Of a DNA stretch of 64,000 bases, positions 1 to 14,494 are shown one piece after another. The position numbers and the translations under genes were made by a program. The notes under the pieces are model-generated. The model saw only the letters and a program-made list of their open reading frames with translations. It was not told the origin of the DNA and did no database searches. This stretch comes from Callorhinchus milii (Eukaryota). The DNA lies in NCBI RefSeq assembly GCF_018977255.1, contig NW_024704742.1, forward strand, positions 52,206,001-52,270,000, in the 5' to 3' direction. Each line of letters starts with the position of its first letter. Within the stretch, counting starts at the first letter, position 1.

Positions 1-3000
1 AGGTGCTTTTATGATGCCTTATTAGCCCTATCTATACAATATCGGTCAAAGATATATGACTTTCACGTCCTTTTAATTGACTTTAAACCGAATACAGTCG
101 GAAGCACAAATAGCATGTGTGTTTTCAGTAAAGGGGGGTCGACTTTCACAGGGGGGAAATATGAAACTATTAATTTGGAATCCATTTTTTATTTGAAAGT
201 GCTAAATACATCCAAACAACACCAACAACGACTCACAGGAACTTGAAAATAATGGGCATATAACAATTGCCATCTTTTGCAGATCATTCGTTTTTATCTT
301 GACTTTAAAAACATTGCTTTGCATTCCATCTTTGTAAACTGCACAAATATTGCTAACAAAATTAATGAATAGTAGCATCAATAAAACTGAAGAAACGTTA
401 ATGTCAGGTTTCGCAGATTCCTGACACATCATTCCGTGGCTTTTTTAAAAAAAACAAAGGTGAATATTTCACTAAAAATGTTTGATTTAAAAAAAGTTTT
501 TTTCATGCATCTGGTTATAACACTAACAAAATAATACAAGTTGTTGTGAGCTGAACAACTGGATACCGAAGTTATAAAAATGCCCGCTCACTATTCTTTT
601 CTTTCAGTATTTCTGAGTTTTAAAAAATATTTTATATTATAAAGCTGGAGTTACGCAAATGTACACGGCTGTTACCTAGAAGGTTAGCATTGTGGACAGT
701 TCCATCTAAACTGCCCAGTTTATTCACAGCTTCACTTCAATAAAAGATTTATATATTTTTTCTTTCTTTTTGGAACTTCTGCAAAAAAAACCCAGCAAAA
801 GTCTACGTTGGCCAAGGGAAAGCTTTGACAGGTATTCTGCTGCCAAAGCCTTGCATTGAGTGGGACCCCCTGACGGGTGCAACCCCGAAGCCTTTGAACA
901 CAGAGTTGAAGGGCTCCAATGTCGGCTTAGTGAACGATTTAGTCACTGTTTCATTAAGCACTATTTGAACCTTGCAACATGTGGTAATTTCTAGGGGCAA
1001 GTTAACCGTCGTGTAAAAGAAGGATTATGTGGTAGGGACACAAGAAAATTAGCTAACGGTTAATTTAACTCGTTTCTGGCAGAATTTTCGATACATTTCT
1101 AATTGACTGGGGAGGCAGGTGAAGCTGAAGCCTAGGCGCACACAGACTCCCATATAGAGTGAGAATAAATGGGACCCATTTAACTCACTATTGACAATCT
1201 ATCATCACAGAGACCCACGGAATAACCATTCGTTTATTTTTTCATTAATTAAATTAGATTCTGCCTTGCAGGTGGATAGATCAAAGCCATCCCGCCAACA
1301 AGTAAGTATATCCAAAAATTAGACCCTTTTTGCTGGTTGTGGGCTACAGGTTTTAAGACTTGAGACCAGCTGCTGGGTATTCGCCTGTCTTTGTAGCCAA
1401 CAAATGTAAACCACAGAGAATGATCAAAACTGTCAAAACAAGGGACAGAAGAGAAATTCAGCCCTTATTAGCATCAATCAACCAGCGCTCAGCAGCCGAG
1501 CCAGCAAGTGATTAATAGCAATTATTTGTACATTTCTCCCTATCCAAGACTCGTAATATAGATTGTGGTAAAGCTTTATAGGTTAGTGTCATAAACTGTC
1601 AGATTGTATACTTTATTGGTAGCCTCTCTCTGGATTGTTAACCAGCGAGAGCGTGTTTTTGGGGCTGCATCAAGGGAAACAAAAAAAATGATACTAATCC
1701 TCTAAGGCAGAGCAATGGTTCCTTTGAATTTCTACTTCTCCAAGCAGCCAAAGAGAGGGAGAGAGAGGGAGAGAGAGATGGAATGATGATAATGAAATTA
1801 CTTAAGAGCAGCTTGATCAGACGGCATCTTTTGTAATCTGGCGAGCGCACTGTTCAGTTCCAAGCACAAGGCGCAAAACGCACAGCGTCTCCATTCGCAC
1901 CGCCGCTCGCTTTTTTTTGAAAAAAAGTTGTTTTTCTTCAACAATATCCAGATTTCAAAACTTTCCCAAACTTGTGCAGGGTTTGAAAAGGCAGCTTGCA
2001 GTAAATCAGCCTCCTTTGGTTAATAAGGCCACGGAGCACACAATAGAGGCAGAACTTAGTACCTGGGTCTGGTAGGCGAGGTGGGATATGCAAATGACAG
2101 GATATTCGCAAGGAAAAATACTCGAATCCTCCAAATGGCTCTTTTGTGAGTTTCTTTAGAAATCAAGCAATTCTGCATGACAAAGAACAATTAATAAGCC
2201 GTCTTTTCACGAGCTAGCAGCTGGTAACCCGTGGGGAAAGTAGGGGAAAATCAGAGATGAATGCGCGCAAAAGTTTTATTTTGCGCACCGGCATCCGCTG
2301 TTTGGAACTGTGGCCACCTGAACAATGTCGATGCAAAGAAACACTTGTGAAGGATCAGGAGCTTTTAATAAGCATAAAACATCTCGAATCACTTATGCAG
2401 TGGCTTTAGAAAGGCTTTGGGCTGGAGATGGGGATGTTGGAGATAGTTGGACGCGTGGCGGATCAGTGTCTCTTTTTGGAGTGAATTACGCGGCGAGCGG
2501 CCGCTCAGCGCACAGTGTGCCTTTGCTCGCTTTGTCATTCCTTTCAAAGTACCTTTCTCTCCACCTCCCCCCTACCCCCCCCCCCCCCCCAAAAAAAAAA
2601 AGAAGTGTCAAGCAGGAGGTCGAAGAATGTCATCTTTGTTCTATCAGCGTGTGCCTCATATTGGTAACATAGCTAATTTTTTTTAAAAAGTTGCTTTTTG
2701 TGTCTGTGTATTAGTATTTGAAAGAGACTGAAAACCAGGCGTCCGAGGAGAGCGAGAGAGAGGGGGATAGAGCTGCTTAATGTGATTTATACTTCTTTTG
2801 TAACAAATTGAAGGGTTTTCCTCTTCTAATTTCAAGGCCCGGTGCCTGCACCAAGCAACTTAAGTACATTTTGGTTAATGCGTTAAGAAATGGTACATAA
2901 AGAGCTCTGTATAATACATTTTATATTCAAATGTGAATGCGAGCTCCATAATAAATTACATTTAGGAATTTTACAGATATAGCTTACGCAGGAGTTAGTT

Positions 3001-5099
3001 TCCACCTCTATGTATTTCTCAACACTACCATATATAATATATACGCAATGGGTTGGTGTAAAATGATAGTTTGGGATTGAAAAACAAACTTATATTGCTA
3101 AATAATCGCAATAGACTCAAATATAGTGTGTCGGTCTATTGAGAACGACAAGTAACGTTTGTCATTTGCTGTTTAGACATACAGTACAATAAAATAATAC
3201 CGCAGTCTGGACAACAGCGGAATTCCGTCTAATTCATTTAGTCACAATATTCTTTGCATATTTAAACTTCATCAAAGTTCAAAATGCATCTGTACACGGG
3301 TGCAGTAGGATCATCGATTTTCAGGTATTAATACTGATAAAGTGGAATATTATCTTTGCGCGTCCCCTTATTCTGAACTCCTAATTAACAGGTCGGTTTA
3401 TGTTATTGGGGTTATTAATCAATAGCACAAGATTAATATTTTTTGCAAGAATTTTCTGTGTAAGCACGTATAGCTATATTATAGCTCGGGATTTTCTCCC
3501 GACGTGAAAGGCACTATGAAAATGCAATTTTGTATTGTACATTTTAAAACGGATATTGGATTCGATTTGGGTTGATACCCAATGGTTTATACTGTTGCTT
3601 AACAAAGATACCCTTTGAGCAGGTATAAACCACATTCCACAAATATGACGAAGGTGTTGTTGCATTAATACTTGCCCCACCCTCTCCAATAAGCTTTCTA
3701 AAAGGGACCTTCAGTCACAGGAGATGTATTATTTCCTGCTGCCACTGTGGGGACTTTATTGACTTGAGAACAACACGGTACTTCAGGCACCGGAGAACCA
3801 CAATGCAGTTGGTTGGACGTATTAGATTAAATAACTTGTGGCAACACATTCCCGAAATAAAACTTTGCCGGCTCCCACCCTTATAGTCCATATCAATCAG
3901 CAAGTGATGGGAAACTGCTGCCAAAACAGGAATCATTTACATTGGAAAGTTCAACGTGTTGTAATTGCACAATAGCAATTCAGTATTATACAACAGGGTG
4001 GATATCCTATGTGTTTCAGATACAGATACAGATGGTCTCCGTGCTAATAAACACAATTCAGATGAGGAAAATGTATTTAATCCGAGATGGATAAAACAGA
4101 AATGCGCGGACAGTGAAATCAGACGCACGGAATTTCAAGCAATATCTTTATGGCAATGGGCGCTCAGTGAATGGGGTGGAATACGCTTGTGTTATGATGT
4201 TACGAGCCAGGTTAGCTTAGGCTGGATACATCTGTGCAGTCTATACTGCATCTGTAAATTACAGACGGCTTTAAAAGCACCTTGAATCACATGTTAGCTT
4301 CAGTGATACAGGGTGTGTGGCAGAGGCTGTCTGGATACAGGAGCTCCGTCCCTTTCTGTGGGATGGTGAAAGCACTCGGTCGGGGCGGCTACTCACTCAC
4401 ACGATGTACAGCACAGGGTATCAGCGTGCGGTTACCCTAAATTACGATCAGATCATCGCTGTAGTATGATATTGCATTTCACGGTTTGTAATGGTCAGTG
4501 CAAACCTGTGTCAATGAAGGTTTCTACGCGCGAATGGGGCACGTTTTGTGTCGATGGAATATGTGCGTACACATTGTTGTGTGATTTATTGTTATCTATT
4601 CTGTTGCAGCTGAAAGCATGCATATCGCGAACCGAATGATCTGCCATACCGGGATAACACCGGGATAATACTGGAGGTTGGGGGGTGTCACAGGGGACCC
4701 CTGGCGACCTGTATACATACCCCCAGAGTCTAAGAATGGACAGAAAGTGCCACAGGAAAGAATTGGAGAGGTAGGTTTACATCCGTGGTTTATCGACATT
4801 TAAATGTATTTTTCGCTTACGTATCCCATGTACCATGTTGATCTCTATCCGTAATTTTCTGTACAAGGGCATCGTTGTATACCCCCCCCTCACCCCCCCA
4901 TCCCGGGACAATCCTGTCTCGATATAGTACTGACTGTACGAAACATAATGGCTCACACTGGGGCTCACCACGATCACTACACGATTCACATATTATTTTG
5001 CTTCCTGTTTAAATTCAATATTCCCATTCTGCCTTTATAATATAATATGTATCTACTTTTGTTCATGTTCAGGGAAAAGCTGTGAATATTGTCCATATC

Positions 5100-5315
5100 C
5101 CACCGGGGTCAGGGATTCTTCTCACTCAGCTCCTGGTAGCCCTGCAAACCAAAGCCCTGGCGGATAGGGTGGTCCTGGCCGGACAGCAGCGGGAAAGCTT
5201 GTCAGACAGTGTTTTAAATAGGAAGCTATGCAATTTTAGCCGATTGGACTCCAGCAGGTCCCCAACACACACTCGCCGGTCCCCAGCCTTGGCTCTTGCC
5301 AACCTGCACCTAATA
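5100..5315 (+). repeat. Unclassified interspersed repeat; other copies at ~22180-22480 (-), ~30095-30240 (+) and ~58790-58990 (-)
   Basis: Shared core CTCAGCTCCTG(G/T)TA(G/A)CCCTGCAAA(C/T)CAAAGC(C/T)CT in both orientations. Confidence 0.65.
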
Positions 5316-5319
5316 ATGT

Positions 5320-5650
5320 GGAGTCCTGCAGCTCAGTGGTGAGAGCACTCTCCTCGCAATCGAGAAGCCTGGGTCTGTTCTCGGCAGAGCAAAGCCTTGG
5401 GTAAGTTTGCTTACTCCACACACCTGATAATAATCCCCCAAGAAAAAAATAAAATAAATTGGTCCTTTCAATCCACGACTGTTTGTGGGACACTGCTGTG
5501 CGCAATTGGCTGCCGGGTTTCGCCCACAAATATACAGTCTATTCCGTGAAGCGCTTTGAGACGTCTCAAAGATGTGAGAAACGCTCTATCAAATGCAAGG
5601 GTTATTTATTTACTTATTTATTTGTTTGTTTGTTTGTTTGTTTATTTGTT
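5320..5650 (+). mobile_element. tRNA-derived SINE (Deu-type core, L2-like tail)
   Basis: tRNA-like head with an A box (AGCTCAGTGG), core TGCTGTGCGCAATTGGCTGCC and tail GTGAAGCGCTTTGAGACGTC...ATCAAATGCAAGG plus a T-rich repeat. The family has more than 10 copies in the window. Confidence 0.85.
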
Positions 5651-6395
5651 CATAAAACTCTCCGAACTAGGTAAGCAGGATGTGTCCCTTCAGGGAGGGA
5701 GTGTACATTGCAATGCACAGCAATTTTCAATTGTAGGCAGGATGCATGGAACCTGTTTGGTTTGGGTATTCCTAAGGATGCTGACGGATTTCTGCGAATG
5801 TCAGACATCCAGCTGTCTACGTAAAAAAATCTTAAAAACCTTGAGTTGTGAAATATTAATATAATTTGACTAGTTCTGCTTCTGATGCATCCAACATTTT
5901 TTGTACCACACAGGAGCATGTCTCAAAGTGATTTAGAGTGGGACTGCATGCCATGCACAATTACACCTGATAAACGGAGACTCCAAAGAAAATATCCAAA
6001 ACAGGTTACTGGAACAATAGCTCTGTTGAAACAACAACAATAGCAACAAGATTACATTTGTATAGCGCCTTTCACGTCAGGAGGATGTCCCAAGGCGCTG
6101 GACAGAGTACAGCATTTCAGACCTGAGCTGGGGTCGAGGGAGGGGTGGGGGTGGGGAGGTGGGTGGGTGGGGGGGGGGGTTAAACAGAGAAGATATTGAG
6201 ATTTTTTTCAGGATAACTAGATCAGATCTCTTCTGATATTAAGGAAATAAATGATGGGTACCACGGTTGTTAATGCAAATTAAGTTGTTATTGTTGTAAC
6301 GTCAACCACTTAATGATTGAAACACTGCTGAATTATTTACTTAAGGATGTGAACAGGTATTTTTTTTGCAATTTATTCTGCTGCCTCCAATTTAG

Positions 6396-7202
6396 TCCTC
6401 ACTGATATCTCCTCTCTCCTCTCATCCCTATCCCTCTGCACTGAACACCTGCTCATAATGGGTGATTTCAACCTCCATCTTAACTCCCCTTGCACCATCT
6501 CCTCAGATTTCACCACCCTCCTCGCCTCCCCAAACCTCACTCTCCACATCAACTCACTGACCCAAAACCGTGTCCACCCTCTCGACTATGTCATCACACA
6601 TCGGCTTGACATTTCCAACCTGTCCATCATGGACAAGGCCATCTTGGACCACTTCCTCATCTTCCTCTCCTCCCACATCCCCTCCTCTCTTCCAAGCTCT
6701 CCACCATTTTTTTCTGCTATGGAAAAAGCTTCCCCCAAGTCCCTCACAAATGCCCTCTCTTCCTCGGACCTCCTCATCCTCAAGCTGCTGAATGATCATC
6801 TCTCCACTACATTTAATTCCCTGGCTCCCATAAAATCCAGGGCTGTTTCCAAATCCACCTGCTCCCCCTGGTACAACAGTCATCTCCACTCATTTAATAC
6901 CCAAACCCGGGCATTCAAGTGCAGATGGCAGAAGTCAAGCCTCATGATTCACCGCATCGATGGCTTAAGCACCTCCACACCTACCGCCTCTCCTTTTCGC
7001 AGGCCAAAACTGACTTTTACTCCAAAGTGATCCTGGAGGCCAAAAAGAAGCCAAAGATACTGTTTTCCACCATCCATCATCTCCTCTGTGCATCCCTTCT
7101 AGCTCCCCTTATCCTCACATCAAATGCCAAGTGCAAAGAGGTCCTAGTCTTCTTTGCCTCAAAGATTGAAAACATCCCCTTGGCTGCATTGTCCTCCCCC
7201 CC

Positions 7203-7244
<42 letters not shown>

Positions 7245-7740
7245 ACCCCCACATGTCCCCTTCTGCATACTTACCTGGACCAAACTCCATACCCCCATCT
7301 CTCCAGTTCTGGCCAGGCTCCACTGACTCCCCAACACCGAACGGATTGACTTCAAGATCCTCACACTTGTGTTCAAGCCCCTTCATTCCCTGGCACCTCC
7401 CTACCTCGCCAACCTTCTCAACTCCCCAATCCAACACCTGGCGCCTCCGCTTGACTGGCACCGGCCTCCTGCTTGTCCCTCGTGCCCTCTGCTCAACCAT
7501 TGGAGGTTGCGCTTTTATCCACTATGCCCGAAACTCTGCAATGCTTTCCCTCAATCCCTCCGCCTTGCTCCTCTCCCCCTTTTCAAGTCCCATTTGAAAA
7601 CTTTCCTTTTTGACTGTGCTTATGGTCAACTCCTACTCCCAGGCTTGGAGTTAGACTCCGCTACTGTTAAGTGCTCTGAGACTCTACTCTGCATGGAGGG
7701 CGCTATATATGTTCAAGTTGTTGTTGTTGTTGTTGTAGTA
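6396..7740 (+). mobile_element. L2-clade LINE, internally deleted (APE endonuclease fragment, poly-C, 3' end with TTG tail)
   Basis: Degenerate ORF2 peptides MGDFNLH, LDYVI, LDHFLI and SPWYN, then 3' motifs (IDFKIL, LAPPYL, LFKSHLKTFLF) and a (TTG)n tail. No RT core is present. Confidence 0.85.
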
Positions 7741-10700
7741 GTCTACAAAATCTGGTCGTTAAATATAAATGTTTCCTTTATCAAAAATAACAATGTTAAA
7801 TGAAAAGTAATACACACTCTCTGTAAAGATATGTATACTTTTGACACAGAAGTAAGTCGAAATACGATCTTCAGATAGATTTGCATCTTTGTATGACATT
7901 TCATTGTTTAAGGCAATACAAACACACTGTTACAAGCTAAAGCTCATTGTAAAATTGAAGTTCCTGAGTAAAATAGTTGTTCCACAGCTGCTGTTATAGG
8001 TCACTTCATTCTTCATTGGAACAGTAGTCATCATAACAGCATAATGACTTTCATATGTGACCCAACAGCACACGCGCTGGCTAAACCAACAATCAGCAAG
8101 ACTAAATGAACGGCAACCCCATTCATTTGTTGAATCCAGCAATGCAAATGGGATTCTGGTTAGAGTATAAGAGTTCAGAACCAATTTGTGTAGTTGAGGT
8201 TAAAATATTTCAACCAATTACATTTTCCCTGGGCTGTTTGATAGGTAGACAAACGATTGCAAGAAATGCGAGATTTCATAGAATGGAACCAGCAAATTTT
8301 GTGTTATACTTTCCTTAGATGTTCCATATGTGATTGTGACAATCATTATCATTTTCCTTTCCTCAACCTTCCTGAATACTTATGTTTTATCAGAAAGAGA
8401 GGATGAGAGAGTATGAAATAATCCAGCACAACATAAACGATCAATTGAGGAGAGATATAAATCCTCCATCAAACTTAATTAAAGCTTGTTCAATTTCAAC
8501 ACTACTCTGCTGGTTCAGATATTTTATAGTGAATGAGATTGTATAGAGTGAACAATGAGATGATTCACAGCAGTTTCTATTGCAAGGAATTTTATTATTA
8601 TTATTCAGCAGCACATTCAATAATTATCAAATCTGTTATAAAACATGGCATTTTCATAGTTAGCGTGCATTAACAAAATTGACTGCAATTGGGGAAGTGT
8701 GTTAACAAACAACTCTGAGCATTCAGATTCATTCATCATAGAATGTTACAGCACTGTAACAGGCCATTGGCCTAATTAGGTCTGTGCTGGTGTTATTCTG
8801 CACATGAACCACCTAGTCTAATCCTGTTCTTTGACTTGTTTCCAACACTAATATTCCTCTTTTCGCGGCACTGAACTCTGTTAACTGAAGTTTTCAGCAA
8901 ACACGAGCCTTGTTACATGTCCCCCACCCTACCCATCCCACTATCAACAGCCAGGCCATACACCAATCTGTCCCCATTCCCTACAACTCCAGCCAGGAGT
9001 TCTCTGCTCACTTGCTCCCTTCTTCACCTCTTTCAAGCTCTCTCTTGACATACTTCTTTGACAGCACCTTTGGTCATCTCTCCCCTTTCCTCCCCCTTCA
9101 GCTCCCACCCCCAACTCAGGTACCCAGTTAGCAGCATTAAGAGTATTGCAATGTCTTCCTGGCATGAAAGGCATTATATAAATATGCCTTTTATTGTATT
9201 CTGTAAATTATGGATTTGCCTCAATAACAGATAGCGCTAGATTTCTAAATTCCAACCACTCCGTCCAATTTAACCATTCCAATCAATTGGACAAAATAAT
9301 AATGAGTAACCAAGATTGAATAGTGCCATTTGTATTCTGAGTTGTTCATAAAGGTTGATGTGGTATGATACTCTGGGAATAAAATAAGGCTATGTTAAGA
9401 TCCCACAATATCCTAGTGAGTAAAGTTAACCTGTTGCACTAAACTATGTAGTGAACTGAATGTGAAAGTTTGAATCGGGGTCTGTGCTGGATAACTGATC
9501 TCAGCTAGGAGAGCAGTCGCAATTCAACAATTGTTCTCAAGAACCCAGAGTTGCAAACGGGAAATGTCAGCCAGTATTCCTGGTTTAGTTTTGTATCCAG
9601 CTGTTGAAAAGTGCACATCTGGGCATAGGTTGAGAACAAACCTGGCTGTGAAGCACCCATGATTGAAATCTGCTAGCACTCGGTCTAAGTTCCTATTTGA
9701 CAAATGTGCATCAGATATCAGGAGCACATTAATGAACCGGAACCCCTTGCAGTTCAGATACGTCATCTTGTTGGACTCCATTAAATTCCAAGAAACCTAG
9801 AAAGCCCCAGTGGCACAGATTTCTCTCTCTGTCTGACTGACTCTCTATTCTATTGAATTGCACTTCAGACTCTGTTGAAAAGGTTGAAATAGACATGGGA
9901 CAGTGTCTGAAAGCCAAAAGTAAAACGCCACAGGTTGAAAGGCCTCCAACACGAGGAAGAACAGGGATGCAGCAAGCTTCACGGCCATATGAAGAGTTGT
10001 CCTCAGGATATTGCCTTGGGCTTTGAGCACTATTTGGCACTGTTGATTGTCAGAAAGGGTGGCTGAGGTCAGGACACTGGATTAATTTTTTTTAAAAATA
10101 AGGTTAATGCTGTGGGGGAGAGTTTAAAGTGGTTATTTTGGAAGGATGAGATTAAATGAGCCGATGGGATTTTTGCATACAAACAAATCTTGTGAGTTCT
10201 TAAGACCTTTCTTTTTGACCAAACTTTCAGTCCCTTTTCCATCCACCTTCCTCAGCTTTTACATCCCCACATTGGCTCCTAGATAGCTCTGTGAAGCACT
10301 TTGAGATGATCTCCCAATGTGAAAGACATCTTATGCATGGTACCTACAAGGTTTGATCTTGTATAGATGGCCTCCCTGGTACCCCTTATCTTCTTTTCAT
10401 CCATTTAATCCTCAGATAACAGTGACAGAGTAAGCAAATGCTGTTTCAATAATCAGATCTTTGAATGCTCTGCCAAAACTTCACCACTCTGAGTACATGT
10501 TGGCCACTTACAGCCAAGTCAGACCATGGTTAAATGCTCCCATGTGTGCTGTGGCTCAGAGGTTGAGGAAAATTGAAAAATGCCTGGTTTAATTGGCTTC
10601 CAATACTAATTGAAAGCCTTAACTGCTGTTTTCAACACTGTTTTCACATGTTGTTTTGCCACTTGTGCCTAGAAGATAAAATTTATAGCTCCTATTTTTA

Positions 10701-10877
10701 ACCAACATAATTTCCATACCTCTGATTCTATGATAAACTTACTATTCATTCTCTGTCTTTCCTTGATAGTAGGGAATCATCTCCTACAATCTTTATATCA
10801 TTCGTATTATAATACTATATGATTTCTGGTGATCCCATGAATGGCTCAGTGGATAAAAGCCTATCTCTTTTAAAATT

Positions 10878-11212
10878 AGTCCTGCAGCTCAGTGGTTAGA
10901 GCACTCGCCTTGCAAGCGAGAGACCTGGGTTCGATTCCGGCAGGAATCCACAAGCCTCTGCTTAACTAGCAGGAAGTAGGAACCCGGCTGTTAGTTGATT
11001 GGCGGATCATTTTCCGGGGGTAATACTCCCTTCTCAAAAAAAAATAATAATTTGATCACTGTTTGTGGGACACTGCTGTGCACAATTCACTGCCACATTT
11101 TGCTCACAAAATATACAGTCGATTCTCTTTATAGTATATTCTGTGAAGCGCTTTGAAACATCTTGAAGATGTGAAAAGGAGCTATATCAAATGCATGGAT
11201 TATTATTATTAT
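10878..11212 (+). mobile_element. tRNA-derived SINE (same family)
   Basis: A box AGCTCAGTGG, B box GGTTCGATTCC, core and (ATT)n tail. Confidence 0.85.
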
Positions 11213-11789
11213 AAGAAAATCGAGAACATTTATTTCATAAAAAACTACACAATACACCGTCCCAGAAGATCACACATATAGAATTAATTGATGTGTCTAA
11301 GAAGGTCCTAAAGACATAAAGGCTTTAGAAATATTGTGCATTAGCAGAGAAATAGGAACAGGAAGTTAAAGAACTGTTATGAATTGAGAAAATGCAAGAG
11401 CAGGCTCAATGTGCCAAATAACCTGCTCTTGTTCTTATATCCTAATGATTTCTATGCTATTAGCTGATATCGAGCACCCAAAAAACAATATAATTAACCT
11501 CAGTGTTCCTTGATTGCAGAGGGAAAATAACCAAGTTTGTGTTTCTGATTCTCTCCAGTGTTTCTGCTGTAAAATTTGTTTGTGTGGGATTCCAAGTGAA
11601 GTCAGGATCAAGCATGCATTTGATGGTATCCCCTCCCTTTCCTCAGTCACATATCAACTGACACTCACTATCTAGACTTAGACTTTATGACTGGTTATTT
11701 GGGTGTGTTACAGTAGGCATTGAGCATCCATTTAACATTACCCAATATAAGTCAGCTCTTTTACAAACAGAGTAACAAAGATTGAAGAT

Positions 11790-12070
11790 ATTGGATCTGT
11801 TTTCTCCTAGTACAGAAAGGTTGAAAGGAGATCTGATAGAGATTATTTTTATATTTTGGAGAGTTTTGATCGTGTAAATAGGGAAACATTATTTCCACTA
11901 GTCAGTGAGACAGTAATTGGAGAGAGTAGATTTGTAAATTGGCAAAAGAATAAAGTGAGAGAGGTTAGGAGATTTTTGTTTACATAGAGGTTTATTAGGA
12001 TATGGAATGTCCTATCCAGAAAAATAATTAAAGTGAAATCCATGTGCCTTTTAAGAGTGAACTAAAATAA
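11790..12070 (+). mobile_element. CR1-clade LINE 3' fragment
   Basis: 'agaaaggttgaaaggagatctgatagag...gatcgtgtaaatagggaaacattatttccact' is typical of the CR1 ORF2 C-terminus (RLRGDLIE...LFP). Confidence 0.6.
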
Positions 12071-13194
12071 AGCTATTTAACAAATCACCTAAATCAGAAC
12101 TGATTTGTGATTGGTTTGTAAAATTATTTCCTATTGTGGTAAATGGCTAAATAGAAATTGTTTTACTTCAGAAACAATTCTAGCTATTTTATAATCTTGT
12201 GCACAAACTATGCCTTCTATGAAGGAGTCCTTTATCGAGCATTACATTGTAATGTGAACTTTGTTCAGGACCACCTTTCCATACTCTGGTCTCCAAGTAA
12301 ACCTGCAGGTTTGTCCTTGATTCCAGGTAAAAAGTTCATTCCTTTTTGCTGTGTACACAGACTACAGAACAAACAGAAGAAAGATCAATATTGTATTCTC
12401 ACTGGGTATGCAAAAATACCATAGATTCAGCTTTATTTTGACAACATTGATGTTCTTTAAGATGCTAGTGAATGGTACCAGCAGCAGTATTTATACCTGA
12501 CTGGTACAGTGCCGTTTTTGGTCTAAATTGACCCTATTAATCTAGCATTTCATCATCCAGAATTTGACAAATTGTGAACTCAGTCTTCGCTTTGAAACCA
12601 GTTTTCTGTAGTCTTGAAGAAAAATTTACAGAAAAACAGTTACAAAATTAAGGCTCCATTTAAGAAATGACCAAATTCTGTATGCTTTGAAATGTTATGT
12701 TAATAGATACAACAACAGCTTGTACTTATATAACTCCCTCCATGCAGGGTAGTGTCTCAAAGCATGTAATCTACGTTAAAATATTACATTTAGACCAAGG
12801 TGGAATTTTACCTCTACATTGGTTTAAATCTCAATCACTTAACTGGAGATAATTTTGCAAGGTGCACTCCAAATTGATTCAATGTCCGTTTCTTCATTTG
12901 AAAGCCAAATAGCTTTCATTCATTGTGAAACTGCAGCCAATTGACACAAACCATATTGTAGAAATTCGAAACATTTCGAATTATCTATCTAGCTGGTTGG
13001 GCATCATCAATCATTGAATTCAGTCTAAAATGGAATAAGATAACAACTCACAATAGTTTGCCTCCTGATAATTCTAACCCACCCTTTAAAACAACACAGT
13101 AAAAAGCATAAGTTGTTTAATTCAACTTCGTTTTTTACCTGTGGTCATGCTAAGGTTTGAATACTAATCTACAGATGTTGAGTTCTCTTTAAAC

Positions 13195-13865
13195 ATCCGT
13201 AACATCACCAGACTCCGCAACTACCTCACCCCTCAGGCCGCTGAAACTCTTGTTTGTGCCTTCATCACCTCCAGGCTCGACTATGCAAACACCTTGCTTG
13301 TTGGCCTTCCCAACTCCTCCCTCCACAGGCTGTAGATAATCCAGAACTCTGCAGCCCATGTCCTCTCCTGCACCAAACTCTGTGACCCCCATCTCCCCCA
13401 CTCTCGCCTGACTCCACTGGCTCCCTATCCTTCAGAGAATCCAGTTCAAGATCCTGGTCCTCACCTACAAAGCCCTCCATGGCCTCGCCCCACCCTACCT
13501 CTGCGACCTCCTAACTCCTAACTCCCTAACAACCCGCCCGCTCCCTCCACTCAGCCGGCTCTGGCCTGCTCCACGTCCCCCAACCCACCCACCCCACCAT
13601 TGGCGGGAGAGCCTTCAGCCACTCTGCCTCCAACCTCTAGAATTCCATCCCCCAATCACTCCTCCTCGCCCCCTCCTTAGCCTCCCTCAAGTCCCGCCTC
13701 AAGACCCTACTCTTCGACCATGCCTTCGGCCATCCCCCTTCCCCTCCCCTCCCTTCTATCCCCCTGATCCCAGCTCGGGTCTGAAATGCTGTACACTGTC
13801 CAGTGCCTTAGAACATCCTCCCGATGTGAAAGGCGCTATACAAATGTAATTTTTTTGTAGTTGTA
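13195..13865 (+). mobile_element. L2-clade LINE 3' fragment
   Basis: Degenerate AFITSRLDYAN / IQNSAA / LHWLP / IQFKILVLTYKALHGLAPPYL motifs, with tail GTGAAAGGCGCTATACAAATG. Confidence 0.85.
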
Positions 13866-13924
13866 ACCATATAGATCGCAGCATGTAGTTTTTTTTNCCA
13901 CCACAAGGGAAACAAGATTTCTAA

Positions 13925-14072
13925 AGGATAGCAGGATTAAGAGATATGGGGATAGGGCGGGTAAATGCAATTAGGTTAGAAGATCAGCCATGATCTTATT
14001 AAATGGTGGGGCAGGCTCGAGGGGCTGAATGGTCTACTCCTGCTCCTACGCCTTATGGTCTTATGGTCTTAA
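13925..14072 (+). mobile_element. CR1-type LINE/SINE 3' end
   Basis: GATCAGCCATGATCTTATTAAATGGTGGGGCAGGCTCGAGGGGCTGAATGGTCTACTCCTGCTCCT followed by a short tandem tail (TTATGGTC)2; related to the inverted copy at ~25408-25480. Confidence 0.6.
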
Positions 14073-14494
14073 GAATGAGGTGCAAGGTGATCCCTGATTA
14101 GAGAGTACAAAAAGCAAATGTAATTTGACTTTGTGACACAGAAAATTAATTGCACAATTTTTACTAAATGCAACTTCATCTATTGATGGATCAAAGATCT
14201 ATAACCAAAACTATTCAGAATAAAAATTACACAAATTTCCAATAAATAGGGTGAGAATGCACATTCCATTTCAGACACGGGAAATGTCCGTGGGTTGGTA
14301 GCATGTATATATGGAACTCACAGTCTGGTTTGATGTCAGACACTTGGCAGCCCCCCAAAAATAATGGAAATTCAGTGGAAGAAATCACTTGCTCTATGTT
14401 TGATGAATGCACCCTCACAATTTTCAATACTAAATATTTTTAGCAAAACATATTTCCTTGTGTTTGTGCGTTGGGTAATTTTGCAAAACAACAT

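Noticed and set aside
1..760. Possible Gsx2 3'UTR (AT-rich, AATAAA near 738)
   Set aside because: No Gsx coding sequence is in the window, so the assignment cannot be supported from this sequence.
6458..7803. Cluster of 100-190 aa ORFs, including poly-Pro and poly-Gly
   Set aside because: These are frameshifted L2 ORF2 remnants and translations of the poly-C run, not host genes.
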